The notes beneath the pieces are model-generated. The model saw nothing but the letters and a program-made list of their open reading frames with translations. It was not told where the DNA came from and searched no databases. 64,000 bases of DNA from an uncultured Planctomycetota bacterium (GTDB taxonomy: Bacteria > Planctomycetota > Planctomycetia > Gemmatales > Gemmataceae): positions 608,001 to 672,000 of the forward strand of contig CAWKHF010000012.1 of NCBI GenBank assembly GCA_963849325.1, in the 5' to 3' direction. How positions within the stretch are numbered: the first letter of the stretch is position 1; every line of letters begins with the position of its first letter. Positions 1 through 10,298 of the stretch are shown here, one piece after another. Position numbers and translations under genes: made by a program.

Positions 1-223
1 GACCGGCGGCGGAGTATCCAGGGGGGAGAGATTGGTTGGCGTCGTGATAGCCGTGCAGGGCGAATCCCATCTGCTTGAGATTGTTCTGGCAGCTCATCCG
101 GTTGGCCGACTCGCGCACTTTCTGCACGGCCGGCAGCAGCAGACCAACGAGGATGGCGATGAGGGCGATCACCACCAACAACTCGATCAGCGTGAACGCG
201 GTTCGGATGCTTCGCGCGCGCAT
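1..223 (-). CDS. DUF1559 / prepilin-type N-terminal cleavage-methylation domain protein (5' part; runs off window start)
   Basis: Manual translation [61 protein letters not shown], the typical planctomycete DUF1559 N-terminus; AAGGAG RBS upstream of ATG at 223. Confidence 0.92.
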   Translation of the reverse strand, partial: MRARSIRTAFTLIELLVVIALIAILVGLLLPAVQKVRESANRMSCQNNLKQMGFALHGYHDANQSLPPGYSAAG

Positions 224-336
224 GGCAACGCACTCCTTTCGACAAAAAGAAGAGGTTGAGGTGCGTTGCGAACGGATGCGGGCGGTGCCCACTGCGGTGG
301 CGAAGCAGCCTCGGCAGGAAAAAAAGATCCAACTTC

Positions 337-359
337 TTGATACTGAGTCTCAGTAGCAA
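337..359. promoter_or_regulatory. Fur-box-like inverted repeat between divergent DUF1559 gene and hemP
   Basis: TTGATACTGAG-T-CTCAGTAGCAA, 11-1-11 palindrome with 10/11 match; resembles the Fur 9-1-9 box; lies upstream of hemP. Confidence 0.6.
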
Positions 360-435
360 TATCCTGCCCCTATCCTACCGTCCCGCCAGAGGACGTCAAG
401 GGCTACCTCAACAAAGAATCCCGAGAGGAAGAGCG

Positions 436-615
436 ATGTCTGAACTCGAAGACGGCAAGGAGACCAGCGCCCGGCAACAGGCGGATGGACCGAGGATGCC
501 GGTCGTGCATACGGAGGAGTTGTTTCGGGGAGAGCAGGAGATTTGGATTGAGCACGACGGCGTGCGCTACCGTCTGCGCATCACGCGGCGGAACAAGCTC
601 ATCCTGCAAAAGTGA
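436..615 (+). CDS. hemP: Hemin uptake protein HemP
   Basis: 59 aa ending EELFRGEQEIWIEHDGVRYRLRITRRNKLILQK (HemP signature); GAGAGG RBS. Confidence 0.88.
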   Translation: MSELEDGKETSARQQADGPRMPVVHTEELFRGEQEIWIEHDGVRYRLRITRRNKLILQK

Positions 616-631
616 TCGTCTGCGGCGAACC

Positions 632-684
632 GAGCCGCGACCGTAGGGGAGAGAAGTACCCCTGCTCCCTTACGGTCGCGGCTT
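632..684. repeat. REP-like palindrome (GAGCCGCGACCGTA..GGGAG family) between convergent genes
   Basis: GAGCCGCGACCGTAGGGGAG...CTCCCTTACGGTCGCGGCT; half copies at about 20010-20031 and 40492-40514. Confidence 0.8.
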
Positions 685-687
685 GGA

Positions 688-2414
688 TTATTTGCTCTGA
701 TGGACGAGCTTGCCGTTGACGTAGGTGCGAAGGACGCGGACCTCCTTGATATCGTCTACCGGACACGTCAGCAAGTCCCGGTCGAGGACGATGAGGTCGG
801 CCAACTTGCCCGCTTCGAGTGAGCCAACGCGATCTTCCAGAAAGAGGATATAGGCGTTATTGCTCGTGTAGAAGCGAATGGCCTGTTCGCGGCTGAGGGA
901 TTCTTCGGGGTGCAGTCGGCCGTCGTACCATTTCGCCCGGCGTGTGATGGTCGTCCATATGCCGAGGAAGGGGTTGTACGGATTGACCGAGCGCAGCGAG
1001 CCGATTTTTTGCATGTGGTCGGAGCCGCCGCCGGCGATGGCGCCGGCGTCAAACAAGCTCTTCAAGGGCTGGAAATAGCGAAGGCGGTCGTATCCGAACT
1101 GGGCCGTCAGCGTGCGCGTGTCGAGGTACAGCCAGGCCGGTTGAATGTCGGCCACCACGCCCAGCTCGGCCAGCTTGCGAACCGCTTCCGCGCTCATGAA
1201 GTTGCAGTGCGTGATGCACGGCCGCGTCCGCCGAATCGGCAGCGAGCGCGACAGCTCTTCGTAAACGTCCAGCAGCGTGTGGACCGCGCCGTCGCCGACC
1301 GAGTGCGCCGTGAACTGCAAGCCGGATTCGATCGTCGTTTGCACGATCGGCAGCAGGCGCTCCTTGGGAATGAACAGTACACCGCGATAATCCGGGTCTT
1401 TGATGGAGTAAATTTTGCTCACGCCCCACGGCCGGCGCATGTAGGCGCTGCCGGTGAGCATGCCGCCGTCGAGATAGGTCTTGATGCCGACGATGCGCAG
1501 GCGGGCGTCGCCCTTGACGAGCGGGTCTTCGGCCACGCGGCGAATGTTTTTCTGGATCTTGTCGATGGCCCCGATGGTGTCGATGTGGTGCGAAACGGCT
1601 ATGCGCACGCTGAGGCGGTCCTGCGCCAGCAGTCGGCGATAGCGGTCGATGGCCGATGGGCTGGCATCGCGGTCGCCGATGGTCGTCAGGCCGACCGCGT
1701 TGTAATCCTTGAACAACTGCAACAACCGTTCGCTGCGATCCAGTTCCGTCGGCCTGCGCCCGAGGGTTGGCTCTTGACGTAGCGCGTGCAGCTGCGCAGG
1801 ATGCCGGTCGGCTCGCCGGTCTTGGCGTCCTTTTCGGCGTAGCCCGGCCCGCCGTCGGTGACTTTGAAATCCTTATCGATGCCGCTGAGCTTCAAGGCGA
1901 GCGTGTTCAGCGAAGCGTCCGGCCCGGTCGAGAAGACGACTGGGTTGTCCGGGGCCGTCTCGTCGAGTTCTTGCCGCGTCGGATAGCGCTGCTCGCGGAG
2001 GCGAGTGATGAAGACCTGGCGCACTTGAATCCATTCGCCCTTGGCCAGCACCTTCGCTCGCCCCTTGATGTAGGCCAGGACGTCGGCGATGGTCTCCATC
2101 ACGGGGATGGGGTGGTCGAACTCCACCATGCAGGCGGCGGTCGGATGCACGTGCGAATCGATCAGGCCCGGCAGGACGGACTTGCCGGCGAGGTCGAGGA
2201 CTTGCGTGTGCGGCCCCTTGGTCTTCAGCACCTCCGCGTTGCTGCCGACGCGCAGGATGCGACCGCCGCCGACGGCGAGCGCCTGGTGGATCGAGAACTT
2301 TTTGTCCGCGGTGACGATCTTGCCGTTGTGCAAGATCAGGTCCGCGTCCGCGGCGGCTTCCGCGCGGGAGCCGGAGGCGAGCATCACCACGGTGACAAGG
2401 AGACGACATCGCAT
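688..2414 (-). CDS. Amidohydrolase family 3 (YtcJ-like) with signal peptide; frameshift near 1725-1770
   Basis: ADLILHNGKIVT, VLPGLIDSHVH, AHSVGDGAV, GSLEAGKLADLIVLD motifs split over ORFs 1686-2837 and 688-1725. Confidence 0.88.
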
Positions 2415-2437
2415 GAGGAATACTCCAAGGAAGGCGC

Positions 2438-3562
2438 TCAGCCGCGCTCGGCGAGCGGCTTGACCATCCGCGCCGCTGGCCCGGTGTAGCGTCCGCGCGG
2501 ACGGATCAGTCGATTGTGTTCCTGTTGCTCCATGAAGTGGGCGCTCCAGCCCGTCACGCGCGACATGACGAAGATGGGCGTATACAGCGGTACTTCCAGG
2601 CCGAGGGCGTGGTAGAGTCGGCCGGCCGGCCAATCGAGGTTGGGGAACAGGTGTTTTTCGGCGCCCAGGACGCGCTCGATGATCTCGGCCGTCTCCTCCC
2701 ACGCCAGCGAGCCGGTCGCCGTCGCCGCCTGCCGGGCATACGGCTTGAGGATGCCGGCACGCACGTCGCCGGCCTTGTAGACGCGGTGGCCAAAGCCCAT
2801 GATGCGCTCCTTGCGCGCCAGCGCTTCGCGCAGCCATTTCTCGGCGTTGGCCGGGCCGCCCGTCTTCTGCAGCAACTCCATCACCTTCTCGTTGGCCCCG
2901 CCGTGCAGCCGGCCCTTCAAGGCGCCGATGGCGGCGACGATGGCGGAGTGCAGGTCCGATTCGGTCGAGCAGACCACGCGGGCGGTGAAGGTCGAGGCAT
3001 TGAATTCGTGCTCGGCGTACAGGATCAGCGACACGTCCAGGGCGCGCGTGTCGGCGGCGCTCGGCTCCTGGCCACGCAGCATGTACAGAAAGTTAGCCGC
3101 GTGGCCGAGGTCCGGCCGTGCCGCAACGGGTTGCTGTCCGTTGCTGACGCGATGGTACACGGCGACGGCTACCGGCACCTGTCCCAGCAGACGCTCGGCC
3201 TTGCGCAGGTTGGCGTCGCGTGAGGAGTCGGCCGTGTCGGGGTCGAAGTGGGCCAGGATGCTGACGGCGCTGCGCAGCACGTCCATCGACGACGAGCCGC
3301 GCGGCACGGACCCCAGCAAGTTGATCAAAGGCCCAGGCAGGCAACGCGCCGACGCCACGCGCTTCTGGAAGTCGGCCAGCTGGGCTACGGTCGGCAGCTC
3401 GCCGTGCAGCAGCAGGTACGCAACCTCGTCGAATGTGGCCTTTTCGGCCAAGTCCATCACCGGGTAGCCGCGGTAACGCAGGCCGTCGGCCACGGTGGAG
3501 ATGGCCGTCTCACCGGCGATCACGCCTTCCAGGCCCGGCGAATAAATCTCACTCTCCGCCAT
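2438..3562 (-). CDS. prpC: 2-methylcitrate synthase / citrate synthase
   Basis: GLEGVIAGET, YAEHEFNASTF, LHGGANE, IMGFGHRVYK, FPNLDW; adjacent to prpB. Confidence 0.85.
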   Translation of the reverse strand: MAESEIYSPGLEGVIAGETAISTVADGLRYRGYPVMDLAEKATFDEVAYLLLHGELPTVAQLADFQKRVASARCLPGPLINLLGSVPRGSSSMDVLRSAVSILAHFDPDTADSSRDANLRKAERLLGQVPVAVAVYHRVSNGQQPVAARPDLGHAANFLYMLRGQEPSAADTRALDVSLILYAEHEFNASTFTARVVCSTESDLHSAIVAAIGALKGRLHGGANEKVMELLQKTGGPANAEKWLREALARKERIMGFGHRVYKAGDVRAGILKPYARQAATATGSLAWEETAEIIERVLGAEKHLFPNLDWPAGRLYHALGLEVPLYTPIFVMSRVTGWSAHFMEQQEHNRLIRPRGRYTGPAARMVKPLAERG

Positions 3563-3585
3563 CGCTTGCCCTCTCGAAAAAAGAT

Positions 3586-3740
3586 TTCACCACGGAAAAC
3601 ACGGAAAACACGGAAAAAGACAAAAAAAGAGGACCGTCAACGTGGCGAGAATAGCAACTGCGAACCCATTAACGCGGCTCCTAGCTTATTTCACTCTTTT
3701 TTGTATTTTTTTCCGTGTCTTCCGTGTTTTCCGTGGTGAA
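3586..3740. repeat. Long inverted repeat with 9-bp (CACGGAAAA)x3 arms and AT-rich spacer
   Basis: TTCACCACGGAAAACACGGAAAACACGGAAAAAGACAAAA ... TTTTTTCCGTGTCTTCCGTGTTTTCCGTGGTGAA. Confidence 0.85.
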
Positions 3741-3747
3741 TTTGTTT

Positions 3748-4630
3748 TCAACTGAAATAGGATCGGTCGCGTTCCTCGTAGCCGGCATAGTCCAGCAAGT
3801 CGTACAACTCGGCGCGCGTCAGCATCCGGTCGAGCTGATCGCGCTGGTGCCCCTTGTGCAAGATGTCCGTCAGTGCCGCCTGCGCAGCGGAGGGCCGCAC
3901 GCAAGGCCGTCACCGGATAGAGGACCATGCGGTAGCCCATCTCGGCCAACTCGGCGAAGTCCAGGTTGGGACTGCGGCCGAACTCGGTCATGTTCGCCAG
4001 CAGAGGCATCGGAGCCAGCGCCCGAGCGAAGGCGGCGAACTCGTCCCTGCTCTCCAGCGCTTCGGGGAAAATGGCGTCGGCGCCGGCGGCGACGTAGAGA
4101 CGAGCGCGGCGGACGGACTCCTCGAAGCCGGCGACGCCGCGGGAGTCGGTGCGAGCGATGAGGACGAAATCCGGATCGCGGCGAGCGGCGACCGCCGCCC
4201 GTATCTTGGCCGCCATGACCTCGGCGTCCACCAACTGTTTGCCCGACAGGTGGCCGCAGCGCTTGGGCAACTGCTGGTCTTCGAGATGAATCCCGGCCGC
4301 GCCGGCGTCCTCGAACAGGCGCACCGTTCGCTCCACGTTGAGCGCCTCGCCGAATCCGGTGTCGGCGTCGCACAACAGCGGCAACCGCGTCGCCGACGCG
4401 ATTGTTCGCGCCGCTTCGACGAACTCCGTCAACGTCAGCAGACCGACATCCGGCAGCGCCGTCGAGGCGGACAGCGCGGCGCCAGAGAGGTAGACGGCCC
4501 GGAAGCCGAGTTGTGCGGCCATGCGTCCTACGAGGGCGTTGAAGACGCCGGGCAGAGCCAGAGGCGCCGCCGTCCAGGCGTCGCGCAGACGGCGGCCGGG
4601 CGAGGCCATGCCTTCTCGCGGGTCGCTCAT
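3748..4630 (-). CDS. prpB: Methylisocitrate lyase; frameshift near 3880
   Basis: DADTGFGE, IHLEDQQLPKRCGHLSGK, ANMTEFGRSP; C-terminus MLTRAELYDLLDY in a shifted frame ending TGA at 3748-3750. Confidence 0.9.
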
Positions 4631-4748
4631 GCGCTCCCTTTCCTCCTGAGGCCGTTGTTGATGCTCCGAGGGCAGCATAGCGGATGACAGGGGAGCGGGC
4701 AACGCCCGCCCCGTACCGCGCCCCTGCTCGATGAATAGTGTTTTTTCC

Positions 4749-4790
4749 TTGACGGCGGCCATGCCCCCTGTGTAATGTGACAGTGTTACA
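4749..4790 (+). promoter_or_regulatory. Putative sigma70 promoter with overlapping TGTAA-N10-TTACA operator-like repeat
   Basis: TTGACG-18 nt-TAATGT; TGTAA/TTACA at 4771-4790. Confidence 0.4.
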
Positions 4791-4849
4791 CTTCGGCGGA
4801 ACGAGACTGCCGAGAACTCTTCCGTTGTTCCTCCAAAGGAGTCTCCATC

Positions 4850-6486
4850 ATGGCGATGGCAAGTGGGAATCGATGGCGTCGTAGCGGTGTGGCGGGTTTG
4901 TTGCTGGGTGTGCTGCTTTTGACATTGCTCCGGGTCGAAAACTCCTTGCCGGCCCGTGACAAGGCGAAGGTGCCGGCCCTGCCCTCGGACCTGGTGAAGG
5001 TGCCCAGCGATAGCGCCTTTCTGCTCTCCGTGAGGGTCGCCGATCTGTGGGGCAGCGATCTGGTCCAGCCCATCCGCCGGAAGTTGGCCAAGGACATCGG
5101 CGAGGCGAGTGGAGCCTTCGAGAAAAACTTCGGTCTACCGCTGCAACAGGTCGAGCGCTGGACGATGGTCAGCGTTTCCCCTCCGGCCGGCCCCGCGGAG
5201 CCGTTAATGTTCGTGCATACGACCCAGGCGTATGACCGGGCCAAGGTGCTCGCCGCCCACAAGAACGTACAGGAAGAGAAGTACAAGGGCCAAACCTTCT
5301 ACTCCGCCGACAAGAAATGGGCGGTCTATCCGCTCGATGAGCGTTCGCTGGTATACGGATCGCCCAATGAACTTCGCGGCTTGATCGACCATCCCGCGCC
5401 GAAGACCGAGGGCAACCTGGCCGGCGCCCTACGCCTGGCTGCGGGCAAGCATACGCTGACGGCGGCGGCGAACGTGAAAGCCATTAACAACGCCGTCGGC
5501 GGCCAACTGCCGGGTGAAGCGGAGCCGTTCAAACCGTTGCTGCAAGCTCTGTCCGGCACGCTGACCGTGGACGTCGGCGCGGAGTCCCCTGTCCAAGCGA
5601 AACTGATCTTCCCGACCGAGGCCGACGCGAAAGCCGCCGTCAAGCCCGCCAACACCGGCGTGGATCTCGCCGCGCATCGCCCTCGCCCGTGGGATGGCGG
5701 CGTTGGCGAAGCAGAAAGATGCAAACAAGATCGTCGAATTGCTCAAAGAGGTCCAAACGGCCTTGAGGGACGCCCGCATCGAACAGGAGGGCAAGACGCT
5801 GCAAGCCTCGGCCGCGCTCAAGGTCAACGTCGCCTCGGCCGGCGTCTCATTGATGGCGGCGATCCAGCAGGTCCGCGACGCGGCCTCCCGCGCAGAGCAG
5901 CAACAACCTCAAGCAGATTGCCCTCGCCATGCACAATTCCCACGATACCTACGGCCAACTCCCGGCACGAGCTACCTTCGACAAGAACGGCAAGCCGATG
6001 CTGAGCTGGCGCGTGATGATCCTGCCCTTCATCGAGCAGCAGGCGCTTTACGTCCAGTTTCACCTGGATGAGCCGTGGGACAGCGAGCACAACAAGAAAT
6101 TGCTGGTCATGATGCCGCGGACCTACGCCTCGCCCCATGACGAGAAGACCATCCAGGAGCACACGACGTACTACCAGGCGTTCGTCGGCGAGGGCACTGT
6201 CCTGGGAGGCAAAAAAGGCATCACTTTCAGGGACATCACGGACGGCCTCTCGAACACGATCCTGATCGCCGAGGCATCGAAGGCCGTGCCGTGGACCAAG
6301 CCGGAAGACATTCCCTACGACGCCGACAAGCCGCTGCCGAAGCTCGGCCTGCCCGGCGCCAGCGGCTTCCAGGCGGTGTTCTGCGATGGCTCGGTGCGCG
6401 TCATTGCCAACACGGTCAAGCCGAAGGTGCTCCACGCCCTCATCACCTACAACGACGGCATCGACATCAAGGGCGACGATTTCTAA
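4850..6486 (+). CDS. Large secreted/membrane protein with C-terminal DUF1559 domain; two frameshifts (about 5680 and 5895)
   Basis: N-terminal hydrophobic segment; QQVRDAASRA..NNLKQIALAMHNSHD..LSWRVMILPFIEQ..DITDGLSNTILIAE..FCDGSVR. Confidence 0.85.
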
Positions 6487-6544
6487 TTGCTGTTTCGCGG
6501 CGGCTCTCCGAGCCGCCGCGAAACCTGAAAGGGGAGAGTCGATC

Positions 6545-8205
6545 ATGCGATCGGGCTTCGTTGTCTTTGTCCTCATCGTGCTCCTCGCCGGCCTGGCTGT
6601 CTCCGCCGAGAAGCCGGCTGTCGTGCCCGGCGACGCCCAGGATCTGTTGCTGTTTCTGGACGCGCGCCCCTATCGGATTCGTCTGCATCTGCAGGTCCGG
6701 GGCCGCTCCTTCCGAACGCACTGGGACGATACGGCGAGCCGCCTGTTCGGCTATCTGGACGTGGACGGCGATGGTTCGCTCAGCAAGAAGGAGGCAGCGC
6801 TGGCCCCCAGCAACACGCAATGGGTACAGATGATGAACGGCACTCCGATCGAACCGGATGCCGCCCCCGACTTCACCGCCCTGGCCGGCGCCGCCGCGAC
6901 GACCGTGACACGCGACGCCTTCCTCCGCTACTATCGCGGTTCCGGGGCCGGGGCGCTCCAGGTCGAATGGGGCTGGCGTCCGCCGGCGGCGGATCGGCTG
7001 ACCGACGCCTTGTTTCGCTACCTCGACACGAACAAGGACGGCGCTCTGTCCCGCGAGGAGTTGTCCGCCGCGGAGACCGCCCTGCATCTGCTCGACCTAG
7101 ACGGCGATGAGATGATCCGGCCCACCGAGCTGGACGCCGCCGGTGTCTACCCCGTCTTTACTTTCCGCTCCTCGACCGAGACGCAGGCCGTGCCGGCTAA
7201 CTTTCCCTTCGCGGTCCTCCAGCCCGACACGCCCGCCAACGTCGTGACCGGCCGGCTGTTTGCTTTTTACGACAAGAACAAGGACCGCAAGCTGAGCCGG
7301 ACGGAATTACCGCTGGACCGGCCGGCCTTCGATCGATTGGACCGCAACCGCGATGGCCAACTCGATTCGGCCGAGTTGGCCGCCTGGCGGAAACTGCCGC
7401 CCGAACTGGAGCTGATCGTACCGTTGGAGAGGAAGGCGCGGCAAGACATCCTCGTCATGCCGGCTGCGGATGGCAAACCGAACCACCTGGCCGCGCGACT
7501 GTCGCCCCGCGACGGCGCTCTGCGCCTGCCGATCGACGAGAAGCAGCTCGAATTGGTTAGCGGCGGCGCCGGGTCGACGGTTCGGCAAACCCTGCTGAAA
7601 CAGTTCGACGACAAGGCCGGCGACAAAGGCGTCCTCGGGGAGAAGGCGATCTACCAACCGCCGTTCACGTTCGTGGCCCTCCTGCGCCTGGCCGATCGGG
7701 ATGGTGACAATCAGTTGTCACGCAAGGAGCTGGCGGATTTCCTGGACATGCAGGAGAAGTTTTTCTTCCGCGCGTCGTACCTGACCGTGGTGGACCGTGG
7801 ACCGTCACTGTTCGAGTTTCTGGACAGCGACCACGATGGCCGCCTGAGTCCGCGCGAGTTGCGTTCGGCGTGGACGCGGTTGTCCCCGTGGGACCGCGAT
7901 AACACCGGGCGCATCGCCGCCGGCAGGTGCCGCGCCAGTTTCAGCTCGTTCTCAGTCATGGCCAGCCGCGCGCCAACCTCCCCGCCGGAGGAGGGACAGG
8001 TTTCGCCGACCTGCCGCTGTTCCGCGACCGCTCGCCCGGCCCGTTGTGGTTCCGCAAGATGGACCGCAACGGCGACGGCAACGTCTCGCCGACCGAGTTC
8101 CTCGGCACGAGCGAGCAGTTTCGCCGTCTCGACGCCGACGGCGATGGTCTGATCAACGTCACGGAGGCCGAGCGCGCCGACAAGGACATGCGCAAGCGTC
8201 GCTGA
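6545..8205 (+). CDS. Secreted multi-EF-hand calcium-binding protein; frameshift near 7920
   Basis: Signal peptide; about 10 DxDxDG loops (DVDGDGSLSKKE, DTNKDGALSREE, DRNRDGQLDSAE, DRNGDGNVSPTE). Confidence 0.88.
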
Positions 8206-8217
8206 GGCCCACCCGCG

Positions 8218-9153
8218 TTATGGTTGCTTCATCGGCGGTGCGGTGATCAGGTCCAGACCGTTCGCTCCGAGGTGATGGTCGAGCAGGTCGATCTGACCGT
8301 TTTGTTTGAGGCGAGCGAAGAGCTTGCCGCGCTCCTCTTCCCAGATTTGCCGCAGGTAATGCGGGTTCTCCTTCCGGCCGACCTCATACTCCTGGAGCCG
8401 CTTGAGGAAGCGCTCAGCGTCGCGGTGGGCGAGCAGCTTCCGTGCGTGGACGTAAGCGGCCGTCTCCTGTTCGAGTTGATACTTCTCCGCCTCGGCCAGT
8501 TGGAGATTGCGGGCCACGCTCTGCTCCGCCTCGTTTCGCAGGGTGGTGGTGCGCGTCTGGGCCAGGGCGACGCTATCGAAGGCCGGCTTCACGTCGTCCG
8601 GCGGCGCGATCAGCGCCACGCGCGCATCCAGGATCTGCACGCCCAGGCGGTACGGCTCGATCCATTCCTGCGCCTGGCCGACCAGCACGGAACGCATCTC
8701 GTTCTTGCCGTTGAGCAGCACGTCATCGACATTACGGCCGGCGACCCAGCGGGCCATGACGGCTTCCACCGCTCGGCTCAGCAGGGCGTCCACGCGGTCG
8801 GCTTGCAGTACGTAGTCGGCTTCCTCGTCGCGGCGCACCTTGTAGGTGAGCACGGCCTGGACGTTGACCAGGTTGTGATCGCCGGTCAGGAGTTGGCCGG
8901 ACGGCATCGTCTCGCCGGAGGAATCGTCTTCCTGGTAGCCGATGGTGACGCTCTGCACGCGATCGACGGCGACGCGATCGACGCGATCCATGCCCCACGG
9001 CAGCTGCACCGACAGGCCCGGTTCCAACCGGGACGGCAGCAATCGGCCGAAGCGGCGCACGACGCCGCGCTCGCCGGGCCGAACTTGCACCACGCCGGTC
9101 AGAGCGTAACCCGCCATGAGCAGCCCAGCCGCCAGCAACCAGCGCAGTCGCAT
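8218..9153 (-). CDS. SPFH/band-7 protein, HflK-like
   Basis: N-terminal TM; VRPGERGVVRRFGR, LPWGMDRVDRV, LLTGDHNLVNVQ, PPDDVKPAFDSV. Confidence 0.85.
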   Translation of the reverse strand: MRLRWLLAAGLLMAGYALTGVVQVRPGERGVVRRFGRLLPSRLEPGLSVQLPWGMDRVDRVAVDRVQSVTIGYQEDDSSGETMPSGQLLTGDHNLVNVQAVLTYKVRRDEEADYVLQADRVDALLSRAVEAVMARWVAGRNVDDVLLNGKNEMRSVLVGQAQEWIEPYRLGVQILDARVALIAPPDDVKPAFDSVALAQTRTTTLRNEAEQSVARNLQLAEAEKYQLEQETAAYVHARKLLAHRDAERFLKRLQEYEVGRKENPHYLRQIWEEERGKLFARLKQNGQIDLLDHHLGANGLDLITAPPMKQP

Positions 9154-9166
9154 GATTCAGCTCCCA

Positions 9167-9301
9167 AGAGAAAAACCACGAATCACACGAATTACACGAA
9201 TAATAGATAAGAAGAGTAAATAGTTCGGTTATCTACGTCCGATTTCGGGTGTCTTTGATTGCATTTTTTCGTGTGATTCGTGTGATTCGTGGTTTTTCTC
9301 T
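9167..9301. repeat. Long inverted repeat with 9-bp (CACACGAAT)x3 arms; overlaps the 3' end of the hflC-like gene
   Basis: AGAGAAAAACCACGAATCACACGAATTACACGAA ... TTCGTGTGATTCGTGTGATTCGTGGTTTTTCTCT. Confidence 0.85.
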
Positions 9302-10257
9302 TTGCCCGGATTGGGCGGGTTGAGCAGGGTGTCGAACATTTCGCGGTGTGTCGAGAGCAGCAGCGTACTCTTGTTATCGCCGAGAATGCGCTGATAGTCC
9401 TCCAGCTTCTTGAGGAAGGTGTAGAACGCGGGATCCTGCTGCGAGGCAGCGTTGCGGATGCGGTCGGCGTCGGCGTCGGCCTGGCCGCGCAGCTGGATGG
9501 ACTGGGCTTCGGCCTCCGCCTTCATCTCGGCCACGCGCCGCGCCCCGGCACTCTCGATGTCCTGCTTGCGCCGTTGACCCTCACTCTCGTAGTCGGCGGC
9601 CTTCTTCCGCCGCTCGCTGCGGATGCGATCGAAGATGGCCTCGCGCACCGCGGCCGGATGGTTGGAGCGACGCAGGCGAATGTCCACCACCTGGATGCCG
9701 TACTCCGATTGGGCCACGGACTCCAGTGACGGGCTGCCCGTGCCGCTGCCCCGCAGCAGCCGATCGCGGAGTTCACTCCGCTTGTCATCCACCTTTTTCG
9801 GGTCCTCGCTGATGAGGTCGTCGAGTTCCATCCGGCCGATGGCGGCGCCCAACTCGCTGTTGATGCGCTGGCCGAGGATCGCCTGTGCCCCCGCCGGCGT
9901 GCCCACGCTGCGGATGAACGTGTCCACCCCCTTGGCATCGGCGATGCGCCAGCACACGTAGGCATCGATGGTTAGCGTGCGATCGATGGTGTTGCGCTTC
10001 GGATCGCGCGTCAGCAATTCCGCCCCCGGCAGGTCGAAATACTGCAAGCGGCGGTCGAGGCGCTGCACCGACTGGATGGGCCAGGGCCATTTGAAGTGCA
10101 GGCCAGCTTGCTCGCCGTTGGCACCGTCGTAGGTGGCCAACGGCCGGCCGAACTGCGTCAGGTAGACGAACTCGGTACGGTCCACGGTGAAGGCACACAG
10201 CGGAGCGACGACGGCCGCCCCGACAAGCCCAAGGATCGCGAGAAGTTTCCAACGCAT
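9229..10257 (-). CDS. SPFH/band-7 protein, HflC-like
   Basis: FTVDRTEFVYLTQFGRP, GLHFKWPWPIQSV, YGIQVVDIRLRR, IFDRIRSER, DPAFYTFLKKLEDY. Confidence 0.88.
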   Translation of the reverse strand: MRWKLLAILGLVGAAVVAPLCAFTVDRTEFVYLTQFGRPLATYDGANGEQAGLHFKWPWPIQSVQRLDRRLQYFDLPGAELLTRDPKRNTIDRTLTIDAYVCWRIADAKGVDTFIRSVGTPAGAQAILGQRINSELGAAIGRMELDDLISEDPKKVDDKRSELRDRLLRGSGTGSPSLESVAQSEYGIQVVDIRLRRSNHPAAVREAIFDRIRSERRKKAADYESEGQRRKQDIESAGARRVAEMKAEAEAQSIQLRGQADADADRIRNAASQQDPAFYTFLKKLEDYQRILGDNKSTLLLSTHREMFDTLLNPPNPGKEKNHESHESHEKMQSKTPEIGRR

Positions 10258-10298
10258 AACAGCCTCAACTTACCGGCCGGCTCACGCCGGCCATTCGC

